This document shows positions 27,061 to 39,999 of a stretch of DNA of 60,000 nt, in pieces. Numbering within the stretch: position 1 is the stretch's first letter; each line of letters opens with the position of its first letter. A model generated the notes under the pieces. It ran no database searches, was not told the DNA's origin, and saw nothing but the letters and a program-made list of their open reading frames with translations. Both the position numbers and the translations under genes were made by a program. This stretch comes from Lama glama (Eukaryota), in assembly GCA_028534125.1 (NCBI GenBank), contig CM052817.1:107200001-107260000 (forward strand), read 5' to 3'.

Positions 27061-30000
27061 GACTTATTTTATCTATTTTTGTGTCTACCAAAATTCCAAA
27101 ATGACCAAAAGTGAGTCGTATCAATGTTATCTTTCGTTAATGAAGGTCAAGCCTCACCAGCTGATAGATGACCTTGTCCAAAACTGCACTAAGTCAATTC
27201 TGCTGTAGTTGCTCCTGGTTGCTGCCAAGCAGCTGAAATGAATGTTGCTTCCCTTCTTCCCCTGTTGTTTCCTGACCTTGACCCAGTCAAACAAGTGACA
27301 CCTAGGAGGCAGCAGCAAGGAGAGATGCCTGCTCTGCTCAAACTGGCAGGACCGCCTGGATGTCTTGCAAAAAACCCCCCGTATCTCTAGCAACATCAGG
27401 AAACACATCCGGCATGCCTCACAGGCGATCCTAGACAGCCCAATACGCCACATCTCCTGGGAGATTTTGGACAGCTGCCCCCGAGGCCACATGCACGGAA
27501 TAGTCACTTCACATGAGTCATTTAAAATACCGAACGAAAATCAATAAGCACCTCTGTGTATTTCCATGTCGCAGACAAACTCTTGGCAACAGGAGCCTTT
27601 TGGAGCGGGTTGCTTGGTAGAGGAAGACAGCATGGTTGGTTTCCATCGCTTAGCCCGTGCGCCTGGAAGCCCAGCTGGCGCCCATAAGGGCCACCAGCCA
27701 CACGCTGTGGCAAGGACGGCCTTTTCCACATTCTGGAGCTTGGGGAGGACTCTCTGGCAAAGTCATGCGGACGTGTTCCCCTAGGGCAATGCGAGACCTC
27801 TCTTGCTCTGATTAATTCTTTACTTCAGCGTGGTGGTAGGATATTTAACAAGCCTTTCAAATAAAGTGCTTGTGTTTCCTATGGAATAAAAGCAATAAAT
27901 CAAACCAAAATAATCCAGTCTGAGGTCTGAAGCATATGGTGTGTGTAATTTACAGAACTGCACAAGCCTGAGATGTTCTCCTTCTTGAAAAAAAGCCCCA
28001 GAGAGTGGGCTTTTTCTACTTAAAGGAAAAAAGAAATATTCTTGCATTTGGTTATCTCTGTCGTTAAAAATAGCTTTCAAACAATGTTCTTATGCCTGGA
28101 ATCGTTACACTGGCAATTTGGGGGACTTCGCGTGTTTTCCCAAACATTTCTTTGGGAAGCAATTTCATTTTGATCGTTGAGACAGTATGTTTCATGCTCA
28201 TGTGAATCACACAGTCTTGTTTACAGATATAAATAATCCTAGCTCCTTTGCAAAACAGTTTGTGCCCGTAGCTACACAGACTTGTTTAATAAGTTGGTTT
28301 TTGGCTTGTTAATGATGTAAAACCCATCGTAGGCATTTCTGCTGTTTTGGGAAGGAGAGAACTGCCGAACAAACAGGCGTAAAAATGTATCTTCTGCACT
28401 TCATCATGAATGATTAACATGGAAAGTTTATTGCAATCAAATAATCTCTGAGTAGCCACTGACTCGTGTCCAGGCACAGCAGTGAACAAGCAACCGTGTA
28501 CTCAGGTACTGATGTTTTGGTCCCCTCACCCTGTGTCTACCTTACACGGACTATGCGCTTTTGGTGTGGTGTCCAGGGACCTGGGACACTGCTGAAGGCA
28601 TGCTAGTGTCTGCTCAAAACACTTGGGTGCTGACTTCTTGTCTGAAGCCAGGGTCAGCATCTCTGAGGCTGCGCATGGCCTCACATTGTCCTGATCACTC
28701 ATTACATTTAACTTCGGACCTTTCTCGTAAACTACTTAAGCTACAGTGCAGACGTAGGACCTTGATTTTCCCACCATCCTGAAGTCTGGACATCAAACAA
28801 GCTTGGCTCATGTCTTCGAGACAAGTTCTTTACAAGCCACTCTGGGGAGGAGTCACTAAGGAATAGCTTTTTAAATAAGTCTCTTTCTTTTTCCACTCGA
28901 CAAGAATCTCCCTGGCAACAACGAACCTAGGACCAATTCCATCCACATTCAAATTTTTTTCTCTATTAAGAATTGCTAAATATAGTTATGCACTCATCTT
29001 GTTTGTCCAAATATGAAACATCAAGATAATTTCATGTATTTAATCATCTCCATGACAGCCCTTGATTGAGGATTAAATAAGTGTTACCCCGGAGGATTAA
29101 GATGCAACATCACCACGAGTGATTCTATAGGGCGGGGAGAGCAGGAAGGTCAGTGGGTTAGAATAAGGTCTGACTTAAGAAGAGGATGACTAACACGGAC
29201 GTGCGGCACCTCTGATCTCCCCAGGTCCGCCTCTGTGGTGCGACCCTTCAAGATAAGTTCTCTTGAGAAGGCCAAGGTGACGATGCTTCGTATGACCTCT
29301 CCCAACTGTGTGCACTGGAAGAAGCCAGCTCTGGCTGTGAATAAAAGGTGCAGCAAGGGAGGGTCTCGGAGTATTTTCTCAGGCAGCAGGTGTCTCTAAA
29401 GTCGTCGGGCACGTGCGGCTGCCTGTGTCAGGAGTAACACCCACTGATGCAGAAGGCCAGTGTGAAGGAGGAGCGTGCGGGCTTCACCTTTAAAGCACTA
29501 ACAGCGCCCTTGGCAGGTTCTGACTTTAGGTGTCCACTACCCCGTAAAGGCGGAGGGATCTTAAAAAAAAAGTGGGGGAGGTGTCTTATTTTCCTGCAAA
29601 TGTTCCATAGAGAAAAACAACAGAGGATAGTCCTGCTCTCCCAGAAAGCACAGATCCTGCCAAATGGCTTCTAAATGTGTTTCTCAAAAGTTTCCATGTG
29701 CCGTCAATGGCGTTGGAGTACTTCCGGAAATGGAAAGAGCTGGAATCAATGACCGTGCAAGAAAGCAAACGTTCAGGGAGCTAGCTTGCAGAGAAAACAG
29801 GTACACAGGCAAACTGCTATAGAGATACGGCCTGGTCCTCTCCTTCACAGGCTAGAAATACACAGCGTTGCATCTTGTCGCGACGCTGCAAGGAAATGCT
29901 AACGCCCTGCGGGAAGGTCTCCCCGTCTCTCTCTGCTGAAAGCCAAGTGAAGAACAGGGGGTACATATTAGGCAGCCAGACTGACTCACCGGGACTTAAA

Positions 30001-30993
30001 CAGTTAGCAGTTTGTTTCCTTAACTTTGGAATCCGCAAGTGGTAATTTTACAGCTTATTAGAGCTATTTTTACCCGACCAGTGGGAACCCAGAAGATGTC
30101 CAAACAGTAGAAAACGTTTGCTTCTGGACAAGACGGATGCCGAGTGGTCAATCCGCAGAAGAGCCAGCTACTTTGATCCATTTAAGTAAACATATTCATT
30201 CAAGCCGGTTATTTCGCCAGCAGCCTGAGAGTTCCTTGGACCGTTGGGTCATGAATCAAAGCAGCTGCCCTGAGGTCTCCAGCAGACTCAGCTCACACAG
30301 AAAAGCAGGAACCCAGGAGACCGAGCAGAGCGCCACCCCAGCAGGGCCCCTCTTCAGCTACCCGGAGTATTTTTCCTGGCACAAGTGTCACCTGGAAAGT
30401 CATTTGTCCCATCAGTTTTAGACAGTTATGTAAGCAAGTCCCAGCCAGTCACTTCCTAACTCAGTGCTGGTGGCTATTTGATTGTCTCACCCCATTTCTC
30501 TGCTGTCCAGCCTGCTAGGAAAATTTTGATCATCTCCCAAATAACCAACAGTTTTTAAGGAAAATTTAGACATCTTTTATTATTAAAAAAAATGCTCTCA
30601 GTTTAAAAAATTCAAATGACAAAAGAGAGTGTGAATTGTGCTCAGTCCCACCTCCCTCCCAACCCTCCGTCCTGTGCGGTCACAGGCTCTCTCCCCGGAG
30701 GTAACACAGAATGTCCTTTGGTATCTTGATAGAGGCAGGCAAACTGCAGTGGAAACATGTTCTGTGTCAGGAACTCTGCGAGACACTGAAGACACAGGAA
30801 CGGAAGACACGATTCCTTCCCACTACTCACAGGTTTATGGAGGGTAAGAGTGTGGGGACACCACTTGGAACCCGTGTGACCAGGGTGTGGACAAAGGAGG
30901 GCATGACTGTGGCCCAGCATTGAGGGTCAGGTAGCCAGTCAGGAATTTTTGTGGATCACATTTTTTAAGAAGAGAGCTGAATTTCCCCCCCCC

Positions 30994-31546
30994 TTTTTTT
31001 TTTAATTGAAGCGTAGTCAGTTTACAATGTTGTGTCAATTTCTGGTGCACAGCATCACGTTTCAGTCACACATACACATACGTAGATTTGTTTTCATGTT
31101 CTTTTTCACTATAGGTTACTGCAAGATACTGAATATAGTTTTCTGTGCTTTATAGTATGAATTTGTTGTTTATCTGTTTTATATATGTAGTTAGTATCTG
31201 CAAATCTTGAACTCCCAATTTATCTCTCCCCACACCCTTTCCCCACTGGTAACCACAAGTTTGTTTTCTACATCTGTGAGTCTGTTTCTGTTTTGTAAAC
31301 AAGTTCATTTGTCTTTTTTTAGACTCCACATATAAGTGATATCATATGGTATTTTTCTTTCTCTTTCTGGCTTACTTCACTTAATATAACGATCTCCAGA
31401 TCCATCTATGTTGCTGCAAATGGCATCATTTCATTCTTTTTTATGGCTGAGTAGTATTCCATTGTATAAATATGCCACAACTTCTTTATCCAGTCATCTG
31501 TCAGTGGAATTCAGGTTGCTGCCACATCTTGGCTGCTGTAAATGGT
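30994..31546 (-). mobile_element. L1 3' end fragment
   Basis: Poly-T and L1 3' UTR motifs. Imperfect TSD agctgaattt / agctgcattt. Confidence 0.9.
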
Positions 31547-32504
31547 GACAGCTGCATTTTTAAGGCCGGCTGGGAAATCAAAAGGAGAGCATGGAGGTGT
31601 AGCCAGGAAAGAAATCATGTACACAAAGGCACAGAGGAGGGGACCTTCATGATGTGCTGAGCAGGTGACTGCTTGTCCTGCATTGCTGGTGCACAGGACA
31701 TCAGTCTTGGGTGTGGCAGGACTTGCAGGAGAGGCTGAAATTGCAGGGCGGCAGCCAGGTCATGTCCTCTTTCAAATTCCAGACTAAAGGTGGCACAGCG
31801 TTTAATTCTGTAGGCAGCAAAGCATTGTGTTCAGATGTTTACGTAAGGAGGTGATATAAGTAAGTCTCCCTGGAATCATTAGGAAAACTTTTCTTCTTTC
31901 CAGAAGTTTCCCACAAGGGAATTATGTCTTAGAGGTTGAAATAACAAGAGAGAAATGCGCCTAATGAGCATGTATTGGGAGCTATAAAAATCTCTACATC
32001 TACAATCTCTCAGCCGATGTAAACTTGGGCTGGAAGGGGCATAGATCAGTTTTTTGGTTGGCTGGTTGGTTTGTTGTTTGTTCTCCTAATTCTGGCTGGG
32101 GGACTGATGTTTCATTCCTTCCTGCTGCCTTGTCTGATGACAGAGCCTCAGTCTCCATCATCGGCCATCCAGGGAAGAATTCAGACCCCCCAGCCCAGAG
32201 ACCTTCCTCTCCGAGTTCCCATCCCGGGGAGTCCAGTAACCCACTTGACTGCGTGAGAAGGTCAGAGAGAAAGGAGGCCAAGAACATTTACCTGTCATGC
32301 TCTGAGGGCCAGTTCATGTCAGCCCAGAGGCAAGAGGTTGTTGTTTGTTTGTTCACTTGATTAATTAATTGGTTTTATTTCCGTGGTTACATATTTTACA
32401 GTGTGGCTGTGCTGCCCACACTTTTGATTGTCTTTCATATTATTTATCTTAAAATTGCTGTTATGTCAATGCTAGAAACATATGTTGTGATTCTTAAATT
32501 CCAT

Positions 32505-32677
32505 CTGTGGTTCTAATCGGGGGACATTTTCCCCCCAAGGGGATACACTGAGCAGTGCCAGGGACACTGAGCAGTCAAGCTGGGTGCTGTAAACATCCTT
32601 CCATACACAGGACAGAGCATGCAACAGAAAATGATCTGGTCCAGAAAATCAATAGTATTAAGGCTGAGAAAACCTGG
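32505..32677. mobile_element. hAT-type MITE (MER20/MER3-like)
   Basis: gggggacattttccccccaagggg...atacacaggacag...aaatcaatagtattaaggctgagaaaacctg. Confidence 0.65.
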
Positions 32678-33109
32678 GTTACAGAATAAACTTATTTGTA
32701 ATATTAAAAAGAAGAGCCTCTGTGTTAGAAAGAACACGTGGCTCGTCGTGTCTGTGGACAACAGTTTACTGAACGGGTGGAGCAGAGACAGGAGACCCCG
32801 AGGGCAGGAAGGCAGGTTAGGTAAGACCTGCAGTAACCACAGTGACGAGAGCCTGAAGGAGGGAGACGCGGACTGCAGGGCAGTTTGGAGAAGGACTCCG
32901 TGAGGCTTGGCAACCAGCTAAACGTGGGTGGATGGAGGGGATGTCAAAGTCCAAGGCACTTCTGAGCTGGCTCTTTTGGGGGCCTAGGTATATGGTTATG
33001 TCACTGACCAAAAAGGGGAATGTGGGAGGGAGAGGGTAATTTGGGGAAAGAGAGGAAGCGGGGAGGTGAGTTGAGAGGCAGTGACCAGTAATAATTAATA
33101 ATAATATAA

Positions 33110-33460
33110 TATAAATGGCTAATGTTCTACTGAATTTTTACTATGGGCCAGATACTGTTTTAAGTGCTTTATGAGCCTTAATTCATTTAATTTCTATAAA
33201 AAAGTAGGTATTATAATATTATCCAGATTCTACAGATGAGGTAACTGTATACGTTTAGAATCAGACAGCTCTTGAGTTCAAATCTCAGCTCTACTGCTTT
33301 TTAACTGTTTGATTTTGGGTAGATTACTTGGTCAACCTAAGCCCAGATGTAAAAAGGAGGAAATGATATCTATCACCTGGCATTATTATGACGACTAGAG
33401 AGAGGTAATACATATCAAGGAACCAGCATCATGTCTGAAGCCTCATCCAGCTCAGTAAAG
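33110..33460. mobile_element. Two adjacent MIR relics
   Basis: tacagatgaggtaactg end of one, then tagaatcagacagctcttgagttcaaatctcagctctac start of the next. Confidence 0.65.
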
Positions 33461-34019
33461 GCTAGACGTTATTGGCATGATGGGTTGTGAGATTCCTGGT
33501 GCTCTGTGCAGTCAGAAGCTGAGGATTTGTGTCTAGATTTCCCGAGCTGCAAGTAAATGTTTTCAACATCAGTCTCTTGATGTTGGTTGGATGACCAGAT
33601 ATAAAGACTATTTCCTGGTTTGGAGATGGGTGGTGATGGACGGAGGTGAGAATCCGGGATGGAATACCAGTGGTAAAGGAGCCAAAGGAATGAAAGACTC
33701 TTCCAGAAGAAATGTAGCTGCGGTGATATGACAAAGAAGAGGAGCGGCATAAAGAAAAGGTCAGAAGCCCAGTGGAAAGCCGGTAGAAGGACAGTGTCGG
33801 CAGTCACACGTGCTTCTGGGAAGTCACGCTAGAAAGTCTGAAGAGAGGTGATTTGATCTGGCAGAAGGGAAGGAGGCTGCTGGTGGCCAGAGTCAGAACC
33901 AGCACAGACAAAGCAGAATCCAATGGATCGAACGGGGCAAATGAAGACGTGCAAACAGAAGGTACAGACAATTTTTCCTTCAATAGTGAGTCTCCATTTC
34001 ATTTTTAAATAATTCAGCT

Positions 34020-35200
34020 TGGAAATTCTTTGGAAATGGTGCAGTAAGGACCTCCAAAAATACATTCCTCCATAAAAGAAATAAGAACAGTGGCAAAAAT
34101 GATCAAAATCACATTGGGGATGAAGAAGCAGATGCTCCCAATAATCCACGGAGAATTTATTTAAGGAAAATGGCTGAATCTTAGAAAGAAGCATGATCTT
34201 TGTGGCATTTTCAATTTAAATTAAAATCGCTCTATTCCCACTCTCTCTTTCCAGCTTCAAAATAGCCTTGAAAAAAACCAACAGCCTCACAACCATGGTA
34301 GCTGTGAAAACTAGCAACCTACCAGTTACTGGAGGGGAAAGACAGATTTGAAGCTCCTTGAAAAGCTTCCTGCTCAGAGAGATGTTATATTTGATCTGTC
34401 TTGAGAATCCCTGGAAAAGCTCCGCTCTCAGGGTGTGTTGCTATTTGACCTGACTCTGTGTGAACGGCTCTGTTTCACAGGCACCCGTCAAAACCAATCG
34501 TCATTTAATATCACAGCTGCCTGGGGGCGCAGAACACCCGATGGGGCGAACAAGGAACTGACCAAAAATCTTAAAAGGGAAAAACCAGGAAATGAGATGT
34601 CTAAGGGGGATTTCAAAAAGATCTAACATATAAAAGGCTGTGCACATGCCCAGGAGACACCTGAGAAGGTCCTGATCTCTTTGGCCCTTTGGCTGACCTT
34701 GAGGTTCCACGCAAGCAAGAAACGAAGGCTAAGGCAGAGCTGTAACTGCCTTCCAGGGCATTGAAGATGTGCCCAGACCCACACAAAGGCCGGGAGATGT
34801 ACTGATTGGAGGCCTTTAAGGAAATTTCTTTCCAGTTATTAGCTGACCACTAAGCTAACCGAGCAGGAAATTCCGGGGACACACATGACAGACTTTGAAC
34901 AATTAGTCCAGGAAAGTCACTAAGCAGCACCACCACCACTGCCACCGCAAACAATCCACGCGGCGACAGCAATGAGCCCGAGGGGGGAGGAGGGAATCTC
35001 ATGTCCAGAATTGGCATATTTATTATTTGACAAGTCAACTTGTCAATAAAAAATTACAGAGACAGACAAAGGAACAGGAGAGGATGGCCCATACACAGGG
35101 GGAGAAAAAGCTGCCAGTAGAAACTGTCTCCAAGCAAGCACAGACGCAGTTACGTGACAACAGCTTTGTCACTTATTGCACATAAGTTCAAAATACTAAA
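34020..35200 (+). mobile_element. Ancient L1 5'-region relic (L1M-type)
   Basis: aaaggctgtgcacatgcccagg, aggctaaggcagag and ctgaccactaagctaaccgagcag motifs, recalled from old L1 5' ends. Confidence 0.5.
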
Positions 35201-35509
35201 GGAGACTGTTCCAGCAGGCGGTCAGCCTGGGTCACAGGATAGACTAGAACATGGGTGTGGCCAAGGTTAACAGGCAGGTAAGTGCCAGCCAGGGAAGAGA
35301 CCAGGGTGTGATTCAAAGGTCACTGAGGACAGTCGACAGGCATCCAGGCTCCAGTGGTACAGTGTTCCCTTACCTGGACCAGAGAGAGCCCACTGCCTCC
35401 TTGCAACATGGCGGGCCCCCACGGCTAGTGGGTCCACTCAGCAGCTGCCCTGGGCAGTGTGGCTGCCTTCACCTCACCGTGTGCCGCAGTAGAAGGACCT
35501 CACCTCTTG

Positions 35510-35800
35510 CCCCTTAGAGTCTGAAACACATAAATGTGGGGATGTACCCGGGGACCAATGACACCAGAATAGGCAGACGCACAGAGACAGAAAGTATATG
35601 AGTAGTTTCTGGAGGCTGGAGTTAGGGGAATGGGGAGTGGCTGCTACTGGGTCTCTCACAGGCTGCTCCTCAGGGTGATGAAATTACCTGGACTGACTTA
35701 GTGGTGATGGCTGCACCGTTTTGTGAACATGATAAAAACCACTGACTTGTTTACTTAAACATGTGGATTTATGGTATGTGGATTATAACTTAACTTTTAA
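35510..35800 (+). mobile_element. Old L1 (L1MB/ME-type) 3' end
   Basis: cagagacagaaagta...ggggaatggggagtggctgct...gtggtgatggctgcacc...aaaaccactgacttgtttactt. Confidence 0.7.
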
Positions 35801-36239
35801 ATTGCTATATGGCATGGTTTCTGCACTGAAGGTCCATCTGTCTAGATGTAGTGCTAGAAAATTCGTTTATTCAAGCATCTGACATACACAAGTGCTCTTC
35901 TAGACATCCGGGGAGGTTTCCAAGATACCTGGCTGCCTTTCTCCTCCCTTCCCCTGCAATTTATTAGAGCCACGGGAGGCAGCCAAGCAAAGGAATTGTC
36001 ACTTCAGGATGAGTCGTTGGGGAACCGTGTGGTTCAGAGCAGGGTGAGATGGGCATCTGCGGGAGGGCATCTAGGGGTGGTAGCGTGTTGGATTCCAGAT
36101 GGGGCGAGGAGGGAAGGCACATGGTGGTGGGATGGAGGTCGCAATGGGATGCTGGTGATAGGAAGACTGATCAAATAGGTAAATACATAAAGAGAATGGG
36201 AGCCCGGTTTCCCACTGTAGGAGAAGCAGGGTTAACTGC

Positions 36240-37240
36240 AGCCTTCGTGCTGTACATCACATCCCTCGTACTTACTCGTTTTATAACTGGGGGTTTGTAC
36301 CTTCTGATCACCTTCCTCCAGTTCCCTCTCCCCCTGTGCCCTGCATCTGGTAACCATAAATCTGATGTCTTTTTCTGTGACTTTGGTGGGTTTTGTTTTT
36401 TGCTTTTATTAGATTCCACATACAAGTGAGATCAGACAGTATTTGTCTTTCTATATCTGGCTTATTTCACTTAGCATAATACCCTCCAAGTCCATCCATG
36501 TTGTCACAAATGGTAGGATTTCCCTGGGTTTTGTGTGTGTGTGTGTGTGTGTGGCTGAATAATATCCCATTGTGTATCAACATAGCACAACTTCTTTATC
36601 CAGTCATCCATCGACGGACACTTAGGTTGTTTCCATGTCTTGTCCATTGCAAACAGTGCTGCTGTGAACACGGGGTGCAGGTACTTTTTTGAGTTAGTGT
36701 TTTGTTACCTTTAGACATATTCTTCGAAGTGGAATTGCTGGATCATATGGTGAGTCTATTTTTAATTTTTTTCAGGACCTTCCATACTATTTTCTACAGT
36801 GGCTGCACCGATTCATATTCCCACCAATAGTGCATGAGGGTTGCCTTTGCTCCCCATCCTCAGCGACATCCTCAGTTATCTGTCGTCTTTTTGATGACAG
36901 CCATTCTAATGGGTGTAAGGTGATATCGCATTGTGTTTGACTTCCATTTCCCTGGTGGTCAGTGATGTCGAGCATCTTTTCATGTGTCTGTTGGCCATTC
37001 ATGTATCTTCTTTGGAAAAATGTCTATTCAGGTCCTTTGTCCAGTTAAAAATTGATTCATTTATTTTGCTATTGAGTTATATGAGTTCTTTATATATTTT
37101 GGACATTCACCTGTTACAAATATATGGTTTGCAAACATTTTTCCCATGACGTAAGTTGTGTTTTTCCTTTGTTGATGGTTTCTTGTGCTGTGCAGAAGCT
37201 TTTTAGTTTGACGTCGTTCTGTTTTTTTTTTTCATTTTGT
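36240..37240 (-). mobile_element. L1 (L1MA-type) 3' portion with ORF2 remnant
   Basis: Continuous L1 motifs, e.g. gagcatcttttcatgtgtctgttggccatt and tgctgtgcagaagctttttagtttga. Confidence 0.9.
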
Positions 37241-37502
37241 TGCTTATGCAGATTTCCTCTGGTTTTGATGGTTATCTTGAGGTTATGTAAAATGTCTTTG
37301 CAGGAGTTTCGCACTCACATATTGGGGATAATGGGTATCACGCCAACAACTTGCTTTCCAATTGTTCAGGGAAAGAAGCCTTCATCCTGTGCTGCTTTTC
37401 TATAAGCTTGAAATTATTTCAACAAGAAAAGAATTCAAGCCTTAGGGGCCAACTTAACATAAGAGTCAGTAGTAGTAAGAATGTTACACTAAGAATGTTC
37501 GC

Positions 37503-37504
<2 letters not shown>

Positions 37505-37547
<43 letters not shown>

Positions 37548-37566
37548 ATGCGCGCGCACACGTGTG
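37505..37566. repeat. (TG)n microsatellite continuing into an alternating purine-pyrimidine tract
   Basis: About 21 TG units followed by catgcgcgcgcacacgtgtg. Confidence 0.95.
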
Positions 37567-39809
37567 TTCACCACTGTTGTGTGTTTGTAACTAACAAGCC
37601 GTTATGATGGCCCCATTTCATGCTCCAAACCTTTCTGGAGCCAAAATTTCTGCCCCTTGGTTTACCTCTTTTGACTTTTGTGCCTCATTTGTAAGCTCCA
37701 CACAGTGCGTGTAAATCTCCACAGCTGGCATGGCTGTTTTCTCTATAAGATCTTTAAAATCTTTGAATTACAACGAACGTTTAACTTTGCATGGCTCCTG
37801 GTGCTGCAAGATTCAGGGCCGTGGGGTGGTCTGACTTTCAAATAGAAATTGTAAGCTGTCTTAGGACTTAAATGAAGACTAGCTACATGCAAGGATTCTT
37901 CTTTCCTAATCCATTCAGCACCATTACTTCCGTAATATACTATTTTTAAGAAAACGTGGCACATTTGGATGAAATGGCTTTCTTATGCATCATTCGTCTG
38001 TAAACTGTCAACAGTGCCTGTTCCATACATTCTAACTAGAAACTGTCTTTCCTTTACACTGCCTTGAAGCGATTCCGGGCTATTACTGCATCCTGTAAGC
38101 AAGAAATCTCAGACACAGCGGGGGAAGGGGAACAGGAGGGCTGGTCCGCAAACTTTAAGTCAGCTCTGGTCTCCTCCCCGCCCCCAACCCCATCCTGCAC
38201 AGATTAGCTGAGCGCCAGCGGGATGTCAGGCAGGGTAATGGCCCAGGCACGTGCTGGCTTCTTTAAGGAGCCTTGAGTCGGGAGGGAGAGAGCCCACGGC
38301 ACTAGAAATTTAAGTCTATTCTTACAGTTTGCACCAGGGAAATCAAATACACCTGCGATTGGAGGAGGAAAAGTTGCTTGGGGACAGGAATAAAGAAGGC
38401 CTTTCCGGAAAGGGCAGCGCGTCCAGCCAGGCTGCATTTGTCAGGGAAGGAGGGACAAGGAAAGGTGGAGCCTGTGGCTGGGGGTCTGGAGGCAGGCATC
38501 CCCGGAGCTGGTGGGGGGACTAGGGGAGCCGGGTGAACGCAGGCCTGGCTGGAGAGGGCCTGGGAGGCCCCGAGGGCGGAGCATGGAAACCAGAAACTGA
38601 CAGAAACTAACACACCCTTTTGTGCAGCACAGAGGACCTCGGTCTCCATCCTCCAGGTTGTGCGGTGTCCGTGGCGGGTTTGCTGGAGGGTGACGGGGGC
38701 TTTGTGGTTGCAAAGAGGGAAGAAGGGGCTATCAGACCCTCAGGGGCTGGAATTGTTGGCTCCCCATCCACTCCACCCTCCGCTCCAACACTGCGGCCTC
38801 CTGCCCGCCAGGCCTCACAAAACAGCCGGCCTGCATGTCCTGCCATTCACCCGGCTTTACTTCTCTCCATGTTCCCCAGTATGTGACTGACTTACCTGGT
38901 GATGGTCTGCTCTGCACGGGTATCTAACCTCTGTGCTAACAGGGTCCCTGTCCTGCTCCTGCGGCCCCCAGACCCCCAGCGCTTCTGCTGTGCGCCATGC
39001 TCTGGATGGAGTGAGGGGCCGTGCAGGCCTGCCAGGAATCTGGACCCAAAGAACCAGGGAGGCCGGGACACTCAGAGTCCAGGAAGGGACCCTGCAATGG
39101 CTGAGAGGCTCTGAGCTCCAGCTGGAAGGGTCCGGGGGTGAGAAGCTCCGAGAGCTCTCTCAGGCGACAACAGCCTTCCAAATGAGACAGCACACCCTTA
39201 TACCATGATCTCGTTGTCTTTTCCCCAGACCTGGCCCTTTTCAGTGGGAAAGCAGACCTCAGGTAATATTCTAATTTAGGGGTATTGGAACCAGGACAGT
39301 GATTTCTCTAGGGAAAGAGCCTGAAGCTGAGATCTTTCTTCCTGCACACTGTCCAAAGCCAGAGCCTGTGATAGTGAGGCTGGTGTGTCCCTGGACCCCT
39401 CTGAGATCTCAGACCCGGTGGGCCTGTCCTGCGGGAGATCCTGTGGGTCCACGAGGTCTCAGCCCCAACGCGCCGCCTCCAAATTCCCAGCCCCTCGCGT
39501 GCTGGGATCTGAAGGCCGTGCAGAGCAGCCGTGGCCCAGGGGCGACGTCGTCAACAAGCTTCCTAGATGAGTGTCCAGCTGGGCAGGTGGTTCTCTGCAT
39601 CTCCAGCAGCTGGATGTCTAGGGACGCGGAGGGGCGGAATCCGCAAGCTTCTCAGATCCCTGGCTGCGGGCTCAGGTCCCTGGCTTTGCCAAGCTAGACG
39701 TCACCTGGAATTGCAACAGAAGCAGACAGATCTCGACTGTCTGAAAACTGGTGGCCTTACTTCTAATGTCTTTCTGATTTGAGAACCAACCAACTTGCTC
39801 CTGTTTCAG

Positions 39810-39999
39810 GCAACCAAGCCCTTCGGTCATGGATGCACAGGGGTGCTACAGCCGGGGCTCCATTGCCTGGCACATGGGTGACTATGAGGACACCAATCAG
39901 AGAAACTCCCGGCGGGCTACCCTCGTGAAGCAGAGCGAGGCGGCACTGCCCAGGGCTTCCAGACCACCCACGCTGCCGAAGCTGCCCCAGAGGGAGGAG
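39810..39999 (+). CDS. SPMIP2: SPMIP2 (C4orf45) coding exon, (W)QPSPSVMDAQGCYSRGSIAWHMGDYEDTNQRNSRRATLVKQSEAALPRASRPPTLPKLPQREE
   Basis: Acceptor ctgtttcag|G, donor GAG|gtaggg, 190 nt open. Resembles recalled human QPKPHVLDMQGKQSRASFAWHMSAFEDTDQRNSKWAILVRQCKSSLPRASKPPKLPKLPKKEK. Partly shown by ORF 39829..40056. Confidence 0.92.
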
